Position numbers and translations under genes: made by a program. The notes below the pieces were generated by a model that saw only the letters and a list, made by a program, of their open reading frames with translations, did no database searches and was not told where the DNA came from. Of a stretch of DNA of 64,000 nucleotides, positions 28,891 through 43,010 are shown one piece after another. Origin of the DNA: the human T2T-CHM13v2.0 reference genome, Homo sapiens; the NCBI RefSeq assembly GCF_009914755.1, contig NC_060932.1; one strand, given 5' to 3'. How positions within the stretch are numbered: position 1 is the first letter of the stretch; every line of letters starts with the position of its first letter.

Positions 28891-31800
28891 TTACCTTTTT
28901 TCTTGATGTCTATTGTGTTTATTATTAGTATAGCCACTACAGTTCTCCTTTAATTACTATTTTCATGCCGTTATTTTCCATCCTTTTACTTTCAACCTAT
29001 TTTTGCTTTGAATCTAAATTGTGTCTCTTGTAAATGAAATACATATTTTATGAATATTATTACAACCTCTGTATTTTTATTAGTGTAATCTATTTATACC
29101 TAAATTGATTATGAATAATGAAGCATTTAAGTCTGCTATTTGGTATTTTTTATATATGTCTCTTGTCTGTTTTTAATCTATTCCACCATTACTGCCTTAT
29201 TTTATTGTTAAATAGATATTTTCTATTGTACCATTTTAATTCTCTTGTGATTTCTTTTAGAGTATTTTTATTTTATTAGTGGTTGCCTTGGAGATTACAA
29301 TTAACACCTTATAGCAATATAGTTCATATTAATACTGTCTTATTTTCACTAGTACATAACTATTTTACTTCTATGTAGCTCCATTTCTTTGCCCAACTTT
29401 ATGCTATGATTATCATACAAATTACATCTTTATAATATTATAGGTTCATCAACACAATCCTATAACTGCTTTGCAAACTTGTATTTTAAGTCAGACAAGA
29501 TAATACAAAAGGATGGATGGATGGATGCTTGGAAGAATGGATGGATGGATGGACTGATGCATAGAGAGATAATACTATCTTTCCTATTTACCTATGTAAT
29601 TAATTTTACTGACACTCTGTTTCTTAATGTGGATGCAAGTTAATGTTTGTCATCCTTTCATTTCAGCCTAAAGGAATTGTAATACTCTTTAGTATCGTTT
29701 GTAATAAAAGTTTGCAAACAACAATTCTGGCCATTTTTCTTCATCTGAAAATGTCTCCATTTCTTCATCATTTTTGAATAATACTTTGTTGGATATAGAA
29801 TTCTTAACTGATAAGCCTTTTTTTTGAGAACTTTATATATGTTCTTCCACTGCCTTCTGGCTTTCATGGTTTCTGATGAGAAATTAGCTGTTAATCTTAT
29901 TAAGGATCCCTTGTAGATGCTGAGTTGCTTTTTACTTGCTGCTTTCAAGATTCCTCTTTGCCCTTGGCTCTGAACAATTTGATTATGGTATATCCAGGTC
30001 TGAATCTCTTTGAGATTACTCTACTTTAAACTTCCTTTAGCTGCTTAGATATGTAAGTTAATGTTTTCATTAAATATGTAAAATTTGTGTCCATTATCTA
30101 AGTACTCTTTCTTCTTTCTCTCTCTCCCCCATTTCTGAAACTCCCATTTTGTGTATGTTGATACACTTGATGATGTCCCACAGTTTTCTGAAGCTTCTGT
30201 GTATATTTCTTCAATAGGTTTTTATTTCTATTTTTCTGACTGCATTATCTCCATTGACTTATATTCAAGCTCATTTATTCCTTCTTCTGCCAACTCAGAT
30301 CTGCTGCTGAGCTCCTTCACTAAAATTTTCTTTTCAGTTATTGTACTTCTTAACTCCAGAATTTCCATTTGTTTTTTTCTTATAATCTATCTCCTCACTG
30401 ATATTTTGTATTCAGTGCTATATTGTTCTCATACTTTTCTTTAGTTCTTTAAAAATGGTTTCAGTTAGTCCTTTAAATATATTTATAATGGCTCTTATAA
30501 AATCTTTGCCTAGAAAGTCTGGGCTTCCTTCCGGACAGTTTCTATTGGTGTTCCCACCCCCCACCCCCCACCAGGTATGGTCCATACTTACTGTGTCTTT
30601 GTGTCTCATAATTTTTTGTTGAAAGCCAGGCATTTTAAATAATATTATATGACAACTCTACAAACTATTTTGCTATGGTTTATTGTATATTGACACTTAA
30701 ATCTCTACTCAGCTTTATGATCAGCTAATGATTGCACTGAGATTTCCTTAAATGCCTTGAACTGATAAGTCTTCTTATATTTGCCAAGGGATTCTGTGTG
30801 CATGTTGAGGTAATTCCTTTGACACTTTAGCAGTTTACATCTTTGCCTAAGCCTTCATTTTTGGTTTGTGCAGTCTCAAGATCAGCCAGAAGAGATTAGG
30901 AATACCTCAGGTTTTTTTTCCCCTGGGTGTATTTACAACTCTGCACATGCACATGGTTTTATTTTTATTCAGTTTCCTACAGTGAATGTTTCAAAACCTT
31001 TTAATACCCTCTATAGAAGTCTGTTATTTTCTTTTGTTTTATTTGAGACAGAGTCTTGCTTTGTCACCCAGGACAGCATGCAGTGGCATGATCTCAGCTC
31101 ACTGCAACATCTGCCTCCTGGGATCAAGCAATTCTCCTGACTCAGCCTCTCAAGTAGCTGTTATTACAGGTGTGAGCCACCATGCCTAGCTACTTTTTGT
31201 TTTTTTTTGTTTTTTTTTTTGTAAAGATGAGGTTTCGCCATGTTGCCCAGGTTAGTCTTGAACTCCTGGCCTCTGGTGATCCACCTGCTTCAGCCTCCCA
31301 AAGTGCTGGGATTACAGGCATGAGCCACCACATCTGGCCCTCTCTATAGACTTCTAATTCTCCAGCTTTTTCTTTTGAAGATTTTTATGGGTCTTTTTTT
31401 TTTTTGCGACATTGTTAACTATAACTCAGATATTTGCAATTTAAAAAAATTACTGCTGATTATTTTTTTAAAATGCCTCCGGAAAAATTCCACTGAGAAA
31501 ACTCCCAGGCCAAATAAAGATAAGCCCTGTGAGTGTGCACTTCCAGGGAGCTGCTAGAAAGCTCAAATAGTAACATATTCTGTGAATAAGGATATTTAAC
31601 AGCTTCAGATCTATTTTTTCTCTCTGGTGGCTGCTAGACTGCTGGTTTTCAGAGCTACTGTTATTGTAAGGCTTCTGATCTTGATGGCTACTGTTGAACT
31701 AAAGATAGTGGAATGGGAATAGCACTTCTCAAAAATGCCATGAAGCTTATTGTTCTTACCAAGATCTCACCATTTTTCTTAAACAAATACTCCTCATATT

Positions 31801-31940
31801 GTTTCAAGTCTCCAGTTTATTTCCAGAACTCTGAAGATGTTGATTTTGATAATTTTTTTGTCAATATTCTCATTGCTTGTGTAGAATAGTGAATATTCAA
31901 AGGCCCTACTCTGCCATTCTGGAAGAATGTCCCTTGTAGT
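28891..31940 (-). mobile_element. Old L1M, early ORF2/ORF1/5' region, antisense, with an Alu insertion
   Basis: Minus-strand ORF 29658..29948 translates to ORF1p-like IYKGSLIRLTANFSSETMKARRQWKNIYKVLK...RILYP. Confidence 0.82.
31026..31339 (-). mobile_element. Alu (J/S)
   Basis: Antisense Alu; ctctataga TSD-like flanks. Confidence 0.88.
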
Positions 31941-32197
31941 TACTTTTTAGAGTTATTTTTCATCTTCCTATTAAACTTGTAATGGTCCCTTAACCTGGTT
32001 TAAGACCATCTCTTTGCAGCAACGCCTTCCTTCATCTCTAACTTGACACTTTTAATCTGCAAGCCAAAAATCCAAAAATGTTAGAAATATAGATAATTCA
32101 TGAAAAAATTTTCGATTAACAAATGCCACTGAGTATTTGTGATATCTTTGGTCTATGCAAATGCTATTTTAAAATGATGTCAGGCTGCTTTCTAGAT

Positions 32198-34376
32198 TAG
32201 AAGTCAAAATCCACTTCACTACCTGTTTTTATATGGTTTGCCATACAAAAGCATTGTGCTTAATTTCAATGAAAGTATACTGTGGTAAAAGACTACAATA
32301 TATGTTGATATTATCAAACTTGGCACTTATCACAATATTCTCAATTCATGGTAAAGCCATGGTTAGAAAAATTATAAAATTTTAAAAGAACATCTTAGCA
32401 CAGCAGAATTTGCAATCAAAGTTTGTTTCTGAGTGACTCACTTGTTAGCCAAGCAAGAGAAGTCATTTACTAATGGTGAATCAATTAAATTGTGTTTGAT
32501 TGCAGCAGACGAAAAAATGTATCCAGACAAAATAAAACTACCTAATACTATTAACCTTTCAGCAAAAATCACTGCTGGAAGAATTGAAGACATCAGAAGC
32601 AATATCAATATCACTTAAAAATGAGGAAAATAGTTGTGAGTGGTTTCTCTCAGCTTTTAATATGTTAACATATGTTACTGATACAGCTTAGTTATTATTT
32701 ATTCAAGGAGTCAAGGCAGAGTCTGAAGTACCTAAATGGCCTCTGTGAATAGTCTGCATGGCACAACTACCTGTGAAAATATATTCAAAGAAGTTGAGAA
32801 AATATTAATTCAGTATAATCTGAAGCGGAATCTGCTAAGATGTATTACAGATGATACAAAAATACATGTAGACCAGAAACAGTCCTAGTTAGACAAATTT
32901 ACAAAGTTCGTAAAATGTAAAATGCATAAAGACTATAGTCCTTATTGTGTTATCCATCAGAAAGTATTTTGTGAATAATATATTAATTTATCATGAGTTA
33001 TTGAACCAGAAGTGTCAATGGTGAATTTTATTAGCTCTCATGAACTTTGCCATTGTTAGTTCCATAAAGTTTTGTAAGAAATAAAATCTGAATATCCTGA
33101 CTTACCCTACCACACATCAGTTTAAGAACTTAACAATAGTAAAGTTTTTTGTGATTTTTTTTTTTTGGAAACAGAATCTCACTCTGTCACCCAGACAGAG
33201 TGGGTGCAGTGGCACAATCTCAGCTCACTGCCCCCCCAGTTCAAGTGAGTCTTCTGCCTCAGACTTCCAAGTAACTGGGATTACAGGCACTGACCACCAC
33301 GCCCAGCTAATTTTTATATTTTTAGTAGAGATGGGGTTTCACCATGTTGTCCAGGCTGGTCTCAAACACCTGGCCTTAAGTAATCTGCCCCCCTCAGCCT
33401 CCCAAAGTGCTGGGATTGCAAGCATGAGCCACTGTACCTGGCCTTTTGTGTTATTTTAAAAACCTGGATCAAGATTAAAATGTTTCTGAATAAGAAGAAC
33501 TGTGCTGTCAACCACTATTTCCGAACACTAAATGACTTCAAAACTTATTATTCACTGCAGGTTTCATCATCTCTATTAACAAATTTAAACTTGAAAGTCA
33601 AAGCAGAGCTAACATGTGAAACTTATACTATCATAATTACAATGACAATTATCAATCTTTGAATCACAATTAATGTCATTCTTCTTTATATACTTCCCAT
33701 GCTGTCAAAAGTTAAAATAAAAAATGAGATTACTATTTCCACACAAATTTTCTGTAGATATATTTTCTGATCTCAGTTTCAGCATTGTCATTTTAGACCT
33801 TGATGCAAGTGCTAAAAAAATTCTATATTTCAAAGTTTACTTAACAATGCAACTGAGAAGTTTCTACCTAAACTTTCATTGCAAGTGATTAATCTGCAAC
33901 ATAATGACATACTAAAAGGCAAATATCAAAAGAAGAATCTAATAAAATTCTATAAATGCCTTCTAAGCAATAAATATACTCAATTATTATAGAATCTTAT
34001 GCTCTTGGAGCACTATTGGTATTTGATAGTACCTATCTGTGTGAAAAGACTTTTTCAAAGATAAAATATGTTAAATTTTGTTGTTGTTAACATTAACATA
34101 TGAACATTTGCAATTAATTTTGATTATAGAGAATATTAACTATGAATGCCAATTTTTAAAAATCCCTTAAAAATTATTTTTTTTATTAGTAGACCTATAA
34201 TTTAAGAAATTTAAATTACTAAACTATTATATTTTAAATATCATCAATGAATATTTATAAAAACTTATTTTCTTTCTTGTTATGTAAGTACCTACATGAT
34301 ATCGATTTAGCCTCTTGGCCTGAAGAGCTTAAAATATTATATCTAGCCCTTTGCAAAATAAAATTTGTCAACTCTG
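32198..34376 (+). mobile_element. hAT-Charlie DNA transposon fossil (Cheshire/MER58-family) with decayed transposase
   Basis: Perfect 8-bp TSD ttctagat at 32190-32197 and 34377-34384; MER58-like right end; transposase-like remnants HLLAKQEKSFTNGESIKLCLI and STYLCEKTFSK. Confidence 0.8.
33155..33443 (-). mobile_element. Alu inserted in the hAT element
   Basis: Antisense Alu; ttttgtg flanks. Confidence 0.88.
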
Positions 34377-37300
34377 TTCTAGATAGTTAAGATGAACAGT
34401 ATCACATCAGATGTCTGGAAACAATAGTCAAAGATTAGATTTATGATAATTTGATAAGAGCAATAATTTTCATTCCAAATTATTAATAAATGTTTTGAGT
34501 TTAGATTAATAGGTTGTTGGAAAATTCAGAAAAGTAGGGGTAAATAATACTTTTAAAGAGAAATTGACTCAATTATATAATCTCAATTTTCCATGGAAAC
34601 AAAAAGTAATAGTACAGCAGATAAAGGAATCAAATAATAGAATGCGATGATTTTTAAGACATCTAAAATTTGGTGTGGTTACTGTTGGACTTTTACCCCT
34701 GGAACTCTGAGAAAGAAGGTCCGTTCCTTTGAGGTGATCAAATAGAAGAGGTTGGAGGAAGATTTCAGAGAACATGCAGTTTATTTTCTTTTTCACACAG
34801 TAAAAAGAGCTTAGACATGATTGGGAATCTATTTCAATGGAGCTTTTGATATGAAAAAGAAAGAGATTATAGGAAAACATTTCTTCTTGCAAAATAATCA
34901 AGAAACTGATCACCAGGAAGTGAGATATTATTTATATTTGTATTAAGATAGTTTCATACAGATGCCAATTTATTCTAGTCTATAAAAGCCAAGGTTGATT
35001 ACCTAAAAAACTTTCACAGTACACAATTTTTCATCTTCCATTTACTCCACAAGATCAGTAAAGAGAGATGCATGTGCTTCTGCCTGAGTTATAACTAGTG
35101 GTGAACCATGGGGTGATTTTGTTCTTGCTATGGGACAATAGCAAAAAGAGTCTGAGTCAAAACTCACTTATCAGCATGCACAGTGGTTCCACTGTGCAGA
35201 CATTTGATTATACATAAGACAGAATTTTATTGCCAAAAGCTGTGTGTGTGTGTGTTTGGTGGTGATTTTCAAATTGTAGAACAATTTCCATAAAATTTAT
35301 AGAATCATTCTCTCTCTCTCCTTCTCTCTCTCCCTCTATTGTAGAAAAATTCCCATAAAATTTATAGAATCATTCTCTCTCTTTTTCTCTGTCTATCTTT
35401 TTTCTCTCCCCCCATAAATGGCTGCAACTAAGTACAAAACATTTACAAGGAAATAAATGACTTCCAGTATTTCCCTCTGGAGCTTTAGAATAAGAAGTGG
35501 AACATCTAAATAGTTTCTTGATGCAACAGGTCTTAGCTTCAAGGAATCCAAATATGAATGTCACCAAGAGCCACACATCAGGAAAGCTGAGGAATTAATG
35601 ACCTTTAGAAACTCCATTTCAAATTAGAGGTGAACAGAGCAGGGTGAATATCCTCCTTCTTACCCCTTTTCATTTTCATTCACCTTTAATTTAAAAAACT
35701 AAAGCACAGGAAACATCTAAGCATGAGTGCCCCTGCCTTATGGAGGCTATCTCACCCTGCACTTCTACGGCCCACTAAAAAATTCTGACGCTTACCTTTC
35801 ATCCCTAGTCACAGACCTACACTAATCACATCTTCTTGTTAAAGAACACTGTCCATAACCTTTTCCCTCCCACAAGAGACTTCTAATTTTAACTTTTCAT
35901 CTTTAATCAAGGCATGCCTCCTTTTAAAAATAGCCATTGTGTAACACACAGACGGGGAGGACTCCATGTCGTGAGTGATCCCAAATGGCCTCCATCTCCA
36001 TTATCTCCATTGCTTCTTGATAGGTCGCTGGTACTAAGTAAAATGTTGTAACACTCAGGATGCCTGTATTCACAGGCTTTCCTCCAGTGATGGCTTCCAG
36101 ATGTGAGGAAATTTTTAAAGTTTGTGGTCCTCAATGCATCATTGGGTCCTTCCAATGTTTTCAAAAATCCATAATCACCAGCACACTATGTTGACTCCAT
36201 TTCAACATTCAGCCACAGGGATTTCAGAGAAACTAAGCAATATGGATAAGAAGACTTCACAAATAACTTCCTATTTCTAGAGAAAAGACATTAAAATATT
36301 CATATACCCTGCAATTATTTTAATTTCCTCTGCAGCGTTTGATACCTGCCCCCTGTATCCCTCTCTCACATACATAAACACGTGCACCTCACACCAGTAA
36401 CATTTTGATGGGTGCTATTGTTTCCAGTCCCAATTCCTTTTGGGGGTTATTAATGTTAATAATTTTCCAGGCCAAGCCTCCCAACCCACTGCATAAGGAA
36501 AGCATTTATGTCATGTTGAACCCTGACCTGAACTCAATCCCATAAAACCTTGGGAAGTGGATCAATACAATGAAAAGGGAGGTAGTTTTCAGATATCTCA
36601 TGCTCCGATTCCCCATCTCCATACCCCACCAAAAAGGAAAAAAGAAAAAAAAAATAGTCTTGTGTCTGAAATTTGCATTTGTTTCAGTAATGCGTTTTAG
36701 GATTGAAAGTGTCAGAGTAACTGACTTCATTGTTCAGGTCCTTGTCCAATACACAAAGAAAACCTTATGCCAACAACTGTCTATGGGAGGGAAGTATTTT
36801 TTATTTAGATCAACTTCTACACTTACTATGCAAGTTGATATTTAGAAAGTGTTGGAGAGTGTGGGAAAGAGCACCTAAAACTACAACCTTATGCTGAAAA
36901 AAATTGGCTGAAGAAATTGCTATCATGAGGATTGAGACTTGCCCTGAGCTGAGGGCACAGACTCTGACTTTTATTAAAGGTACCTGCTGCTCTGGGTCAT
37001 GTCTCATCTGTACTAACATTGTAGAAAATTCCAAATGCAATTTCCGTGAAATATAAAGGGATTTAAATGAGGGTTCATCTGCAGAATGGGTGAGAAAGAG
37101 GGAAATTGTCTTTTTATCTTTCTCTTTTCATCTGGTAACAATTTATACTCAGAGATGCCTATACAAATTCATAGAAAAAGCGCTGCAGAAAAGCTGTCAG
37201 TTTTTACTCATCAGAAATAAAGCAAAGCTTAACAGAGAGAAGTTCAAATATGGGCTTAGATGTGGGTTTATCTAATAGAAACTCTATCCTAGTCTTGCCT

Positions 37301-40300
37301 CACCTGGGCTGGGGCCACTCTGATCTTGGGTCTAACTTCTAAGCTAGAAGATAGAAAAAAAAATGCCTTCGTGGAGATTTTAGATTGTAAACATTGAAAA
37401 CAGAGGCCATGAGTTTGACAGAGCCCATCTGTAAAGCAGCATTTAAAGGCAAACAGAACACTCTGCTCACAGCTGATCTTGTTTACCTTAGAACACAGTT
37501 TACATTCTCCTACGTAAACTGAAATAAGATTATACTGAATAGAATGATATCCTGAATTTTCATATACCTCCTTTTAAAAACACCATTTACAGATGTTTTT
37601 TAAATCATACCTATTATCTCTACTATTAAAGTTTATAATTTAATAATGACTTCATGAAGACTCTGTGTATGCAAAGAATCAGGAGAGACCAGGAAGCAGA
37701 GAGAGAGGTTGAAGAATACATAGCCTGTTTATCTTAAAACATTTCAGGGCTATTGGCCACCTAGCTGTCTTCTCTGTCTTCTCTTCCATTAAACATCAGC
37801 AGAACTCTTCAATAAACACAGAGGTGTAGAAAGTTTTCTGCACAACATGGAAGGCTTTCTAGGCATGATATTTCAAGTGTTTTATTCTTTCTTTCCTCCT
37901 CTTCCTCCCAGAGAGCTTTTCAAATTAGCACAAACAAGTATCGCCATTTGGGCAACAGAGTGACCAGTTTTAACCCTGAAAGTCTCCATGTCCTGGGAAA
38001 CCCAAGCAAAGCAGAATGGCCGGTAGACAGTGTGTTTATTTTCCTCTTCCCAGATGGTTTCCTAAGGTTTTCCCAGATGGCAACCAAGGGGGCTTGGTGC
38101 TTTGGAAGTAACCAGGCTGCTGTCAACGTATGTCACATCCCATGAGATTTCATGGCAGGTCTTTTTAAAATTTTACCCGGTAAAGGAGTAACAGCAAGGA
38201 TTAAGTGGCTAAGCTGGATGCAAGACAGAGCCTGGTGCCTATTTCACTCCTCATGGAAAAGGAAGGAATCGCAGAGGCCTTTCTAACAGGGAGGGTGAAT
38301 TATGTCCCCAGTTGCTTGGTCCTGAAAGTTTCTTGGCGCTCACAGGATCTCTTTTCAGCTTGCTTATACACAGGTTTCTGGGGAAATGAACTATATAAAA
38401 TTATCAATTTTTTAAACCTTAAATTTCCCTCCAAGGTAAAATAAAACGCCTCATAAAGAATAAACAGCAATGAGATGAAATCCAAAAAATTAAATCATAA
38501 TATGGCCATAAAGATTAGGCTCAGTTTTTAATATTTGACTACAATATGTGTATAGGTGTGGGAGGGGGTATGTGAGTAGGATCAGGTGGGAAGCACTGAT
38601 TATGTAACCTGCCCTTACATTCCCCAATTTTAGGTGATTTTTTTTCCCCATAACATACAGAAGTCATCAGAATTGACAATAAGTGAGTATTTCCAAGTCA
38701 GTTGTAAACTGAATAGCCTTGCTATTTATAAAGTCATTGGAGAGAGGGCAGATGTAGCCTTTGATATACAAAAATCTCAGAACCATCAAAGGCATCTTGG
38801 GACACAGGATTTTTTTCTTGATTTTTGGCTAGAACTTGACTATTATGCTCAAGAGACAGTCACAATGGAGTTTTCAAAAGATTGAACCAAGAAAGCCACT
38901 CAAACTGCTGGACACACAAATGCTTTTCCCTCCTTCTATATATGCTAGAACTTCATGAAAGTTGTTATTTTTGTAAAACTCAAATCTTGCCCCAAAAATA
39001 TATTGCTCTGCATCCAGGCCAGAAAACTCTCTTAAGAATTTACAAGCCATCTGTGGGGTTTTAAGGAAATTTCAAGTAGAATGGTCATAAGCCAGGATTT
39101 CCTAACACAGCCGAAAGTGAGGTCTACAAAAGAAAAAAAAAAAGGAATTGTAGAGGCTTTTTGAACTTTCTAATAAATATTGTGAACAGTGGAAGATCTC
39201 ATTTTTTGGCAGATCACCTTCAAGAATCATCTGAGTCAAATCTGTAAGTTGGAGAAAATAATGATGACAAATTTACATTCTTGGAAACCATGCCTCCTGA
39301 ACTAGCACAGTGAAACCTAGTCCACCTTCTTAATAGAAGTTTTCTTACATGGTTTGGTCTCTCTCTCATCAGGTGCCATGACTGGCAACCAAAGGCACAG
39401 GGTTTATTTATTTTTTCCTTTAACTGATAGGATTTATACAGGATAAGTTGCTAGGAACATGGGAGAATAGAAGTTCTATTCAGAATGGTCGCAGAAAACA
39501 GAGCTGCCTTTCCCTGCTGGAAGACGTTCAAGTGACACGTTCTGCTCATGAGGCAACACGTTCTGCTCATGAGACACAGTCTTCATGCATATCAAAGCAA
39601 CCCAAAGAAAAGCAGTCATCAGAAAGGAATGCTTATTTGCGTGCTGCTCTACACAGCCACAAGTGGATAGGCTGCAAAAACTGTTCTTATCCAGCAGCTT
39701 CCAAAGCTGAAAGCTGGAGATGGGACCCTGAGAACATTTCAAGGTTCATTGCTTCCTGGATGCTCCCAGACAGAAATACAACACGCTGTTGCTTGGGCAG
39801 TAAGAAGCAAGACTTGTGACCAGGGAACCAACCCCACTATTATCCCAAACACATCCTGCTGAAGGCCACCCCACACAACTCCCACCACATTTCTTGCCAG
39901 TCTCTCCTACAAAGCCCCCTCCACCTTGGTCAGGCTTTGACAGGTCTTTTTTGACCTGAATGGTACCCCGTGGCTACCTTTTCCTGCTATAGCATAACCT
40001 TTATGTTCTATTCTTTGCTTCCATGTTCTAAGACTGCTAGTGCTGAACATTCCCATAGATGATTTATTAGTCTCTTTAGTAGAGTATGTTTCTATGAGGA
40101 TCATGACATTTGCAAAGCATATGGCAGAACGGAGCTTTAGTTAAGGGATGGTGATGTAAATTGCATTCGGTTTTGCTTTGGCAAGGACACCAGATGGATG
40201 CCTTTATGATGAAGTGGGTTTCCTCCAGCATTTTTTAAATATCGGTCTCCAACAGGTGTTTCCTTTAAGGCATATCTGTTTTTCATAACATTAGAATGAA

Positions 40301-41746
40301 GAAAAATGTTGTCTGTGACAGCTTGTATACATATACCACACTTTTATTATGATAAAAATGTACAGTGATTGATTCCCTATTCTGAGTCATGTTAAAATGT
40401 GCTTGGGAGAAGATCATCTTAAATTTGCCAATAGGGCATTTAACTACCAGACCAAAGACTCTTCATTTATCATGAGGGTGGAGAGGGTGGAGAAGGAGGG
40501 GAAGTAGAGACAAGCTGAAGAAAGTGACCAGAAGGAAAGTAGTAGTAGCAGCTGTAGACTTGAGTGCTGAGGGCAGACAGCAGGGAACCACCTAAAAGGT
40601 AACATAGCTATTTCCAAATTGTTCTCAAAGAGTCCCTGAAAGACAGTCACTACCAACTTGGTCATGATATGTAAACACATGTTCTGAGGATCCTAGGGAG
40701 AGTGTCTAGGAAGCGACTCTTAGATAGAAAGAGGTTCTACGGATGAATTATATCATTCATCAATGCTCCAAATCCTGATGAAAATCAAGACCAGACTCAG
40801 GTATTAGCTGTGCTTGCTGGTGAGTCCCATTAACAAGCTTGGCATAAGGCTGCCATCAGGGTCCTGTCTGGTATGATTAAGAGAGCCGGTGGGGCTTTTG
40901 GAACTTGGTGTTGGAGCACATGGCTTATAGATAGATATTTAAGGTGCCAAAAGACATGTTAATTTGAATGAACAGGGTAACCCATTTTGGTCAAGCTGAC
41001 CTTGAAGCTTATATGTTACATTGTCTAGCTAGGCAAATGATTAGAATTCACTAAACCCACTAAGTTTATAGGTAGTTCTTAAGTGCAAGAGGAGATTAAG
41101 GATTGCATCAAGACCTTGGCCACTCTTATTAGGAATTACCCTCTCTGACTTTCCAAACCTGTTTCTAGTATCCCGTTCCCCCTACCCTGGCTTCTCCTTC
41201 TAGGTCTTCTCTGTCCTATTACTTTAAGTTTGACACTTCAATCTAAGTTGGAGTAAGTTCTTTTGTCTGAAAAAAAAATAAGATGTAAGTTATCAATTTA
41301 GAAGCTAGCCTGCTTGAGGAAAGCAAAATTGCTTGTCATTATGTTGAGGTCTGAGTTTGGGGGTGAGGCATTGAATAATAAACTGTATTAATTCACAAGG
41401 AAACCCCCTAACCCTGCAGCATGAAGGGGAATAGATTGTATTTCTCCCAAGATGTAGAGTAAAATCGCATGGGAGAACATTGTTATCAGTTACATCTGAG
41501 ATGAGCAGGACTGAATCTGTAATGTGATACACAGTACAGTATATTCCAAAAGGCTGTAGGGGACAATAACAGATACTTTTAAATAAATAAATAAAATAAG
41601 TAAGTGTGTAAGTAAATAGTAAAAGCTTTTGTGGTCAGATAAGTTGTGAAACACTGGATTATACAATTTTTAAAGGATTTCTATATTGCAGAAATCCTTT
41701 TATATGCTGTTGTCAGAATCTTTCACAGGCCAAAGTGCACTGTGAC

Positions 41747-42111
41747 TATATTAGTTTGTTCTCACACTGCTAATACTTGAGACTGAGTAATTTATAAAGG
41801 AAAGAGGTTTGGTTGACTCAGTTTAGCATGGCTGGGGAGGCCTCAAGAAGCTTACCATCGTGGTGGAAGGGGAAGCAAAGAAGTCCTTCTTCACATGATG
41901 GCAGGAAGGAGAAGTGCAAAGTGAATTGGGGGAAGCCCCTTATAAAACCATCAGATCTCCTGAGAACTCACTCACTATCACCAGACCAGCACGAGGGTAA
42001 CCATCCCCATTATTCAATTACCTCCCACTGGGTCCCTCCCATGACACATGGGGATTATGAGAACTACCGTTCAAGATGAGATTTGGGTGGGGACACAGCC
42101 AGACCATATCA
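41747..42111 (-). mobile_element. THE1-type MaLR solo LTR
   Basis: tattagtttgttctcacactgctaat...gagatttgggtggggacacagccagaccatatca; 5-bp TSD gtgac/gtggc. Confidence 0.9.
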
Positions 42112-42249
42112 GTGGCTGTCAAAGAGGGGCCATTCCTCTCAAACTTTGGTTACTCCTAGGATGTCTCCAGTTACTAATGTACCATGGAACATGTGTTTTG
42201 CAAAAGGAATTGGTGTTAGAATGAGATGGACTTATGCCCTGGTAACAGC

Positions 42250-43010
42250 TATGAAATCTCAGTGGCTGCACAAGAAAGGTTTATTTGTTGTTCACATTAC
42301 ATGTCCAGCACAGGCCAAGCAGGCCAGGGCACTCAGCTCAAGGTGCCCACTGGAGCAGCTAGGCTAGAAGAGACCCTGAGAACTTCACCTGAGAGCTTCT
42401 CATTGCCTGGCCTGTCTCTTCTCACATTTCATTGGACAGAGCTAGTCACATGGCCCCACCTACCTATCCCTACACTCAGGAAGGAAAGCAGAACTGGATA
42501 TGGTGAGGTTGGTAACCTCAACTTCAACAGTCTATTCAAATGCCAGTTTTGCACTTTGTTGGCTCTTTGACTTTTATCCATAAAATAAGGGTGGGTAGTC
42601 TTTAAAGCTTCTGGCAGAGACAGAAATGCTCACTGAACATTTCAAGTTACTTCCCATGTTCCCCAGGCCTCTTAAAGTCAGCAGGAGCCATGTGACTAAT
42701 TTTGGCCAATGAGATGTGAGGAGAAATGAAGTGAGTCACCCTGAGCCAAGGCAGTTAGAGGCCTAGGCTTGGTTCTCCAGTTCCTTTCTCCTCTCCTGCC
42801 TGGTGACTGAGGAGGATGCATGTTCCAGATGTTGAGGCCATAAGATGGTAGAGCCTCTGTCCCCCAGGCTCCGGATGGCTGTGTGGAGGAGAGACACCTT
42901 TTCATCTGAGTAACATATATAGTGTAGGTGAGAAGAAGTAAGCTGTGTTGTGCCAGGCCCTGGGGATGTTGAGGTTGTTTCTGCAGTGTTAAGCCTAGAT
43001 TTTTCCTGGC
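42250..43010. mobile_element. Old MLT1-type MaLR LTR fragments
   Basis: cattggacagagctagtcacatggcccca and ccatgtgactaattttggccaatgagatgtgag motifs. Confidence 0.6.

Noticed and set aside
29658-29948. 96-aa ORF1p-like ORF
   Set aside because: Fragment of a decayed L1, surrounded by stops and frameshifts
32433-32618. Transposase-like ORF as a domesticated gene
   Set aside because: Short; the rest of the element has many stops and an Alu insertion
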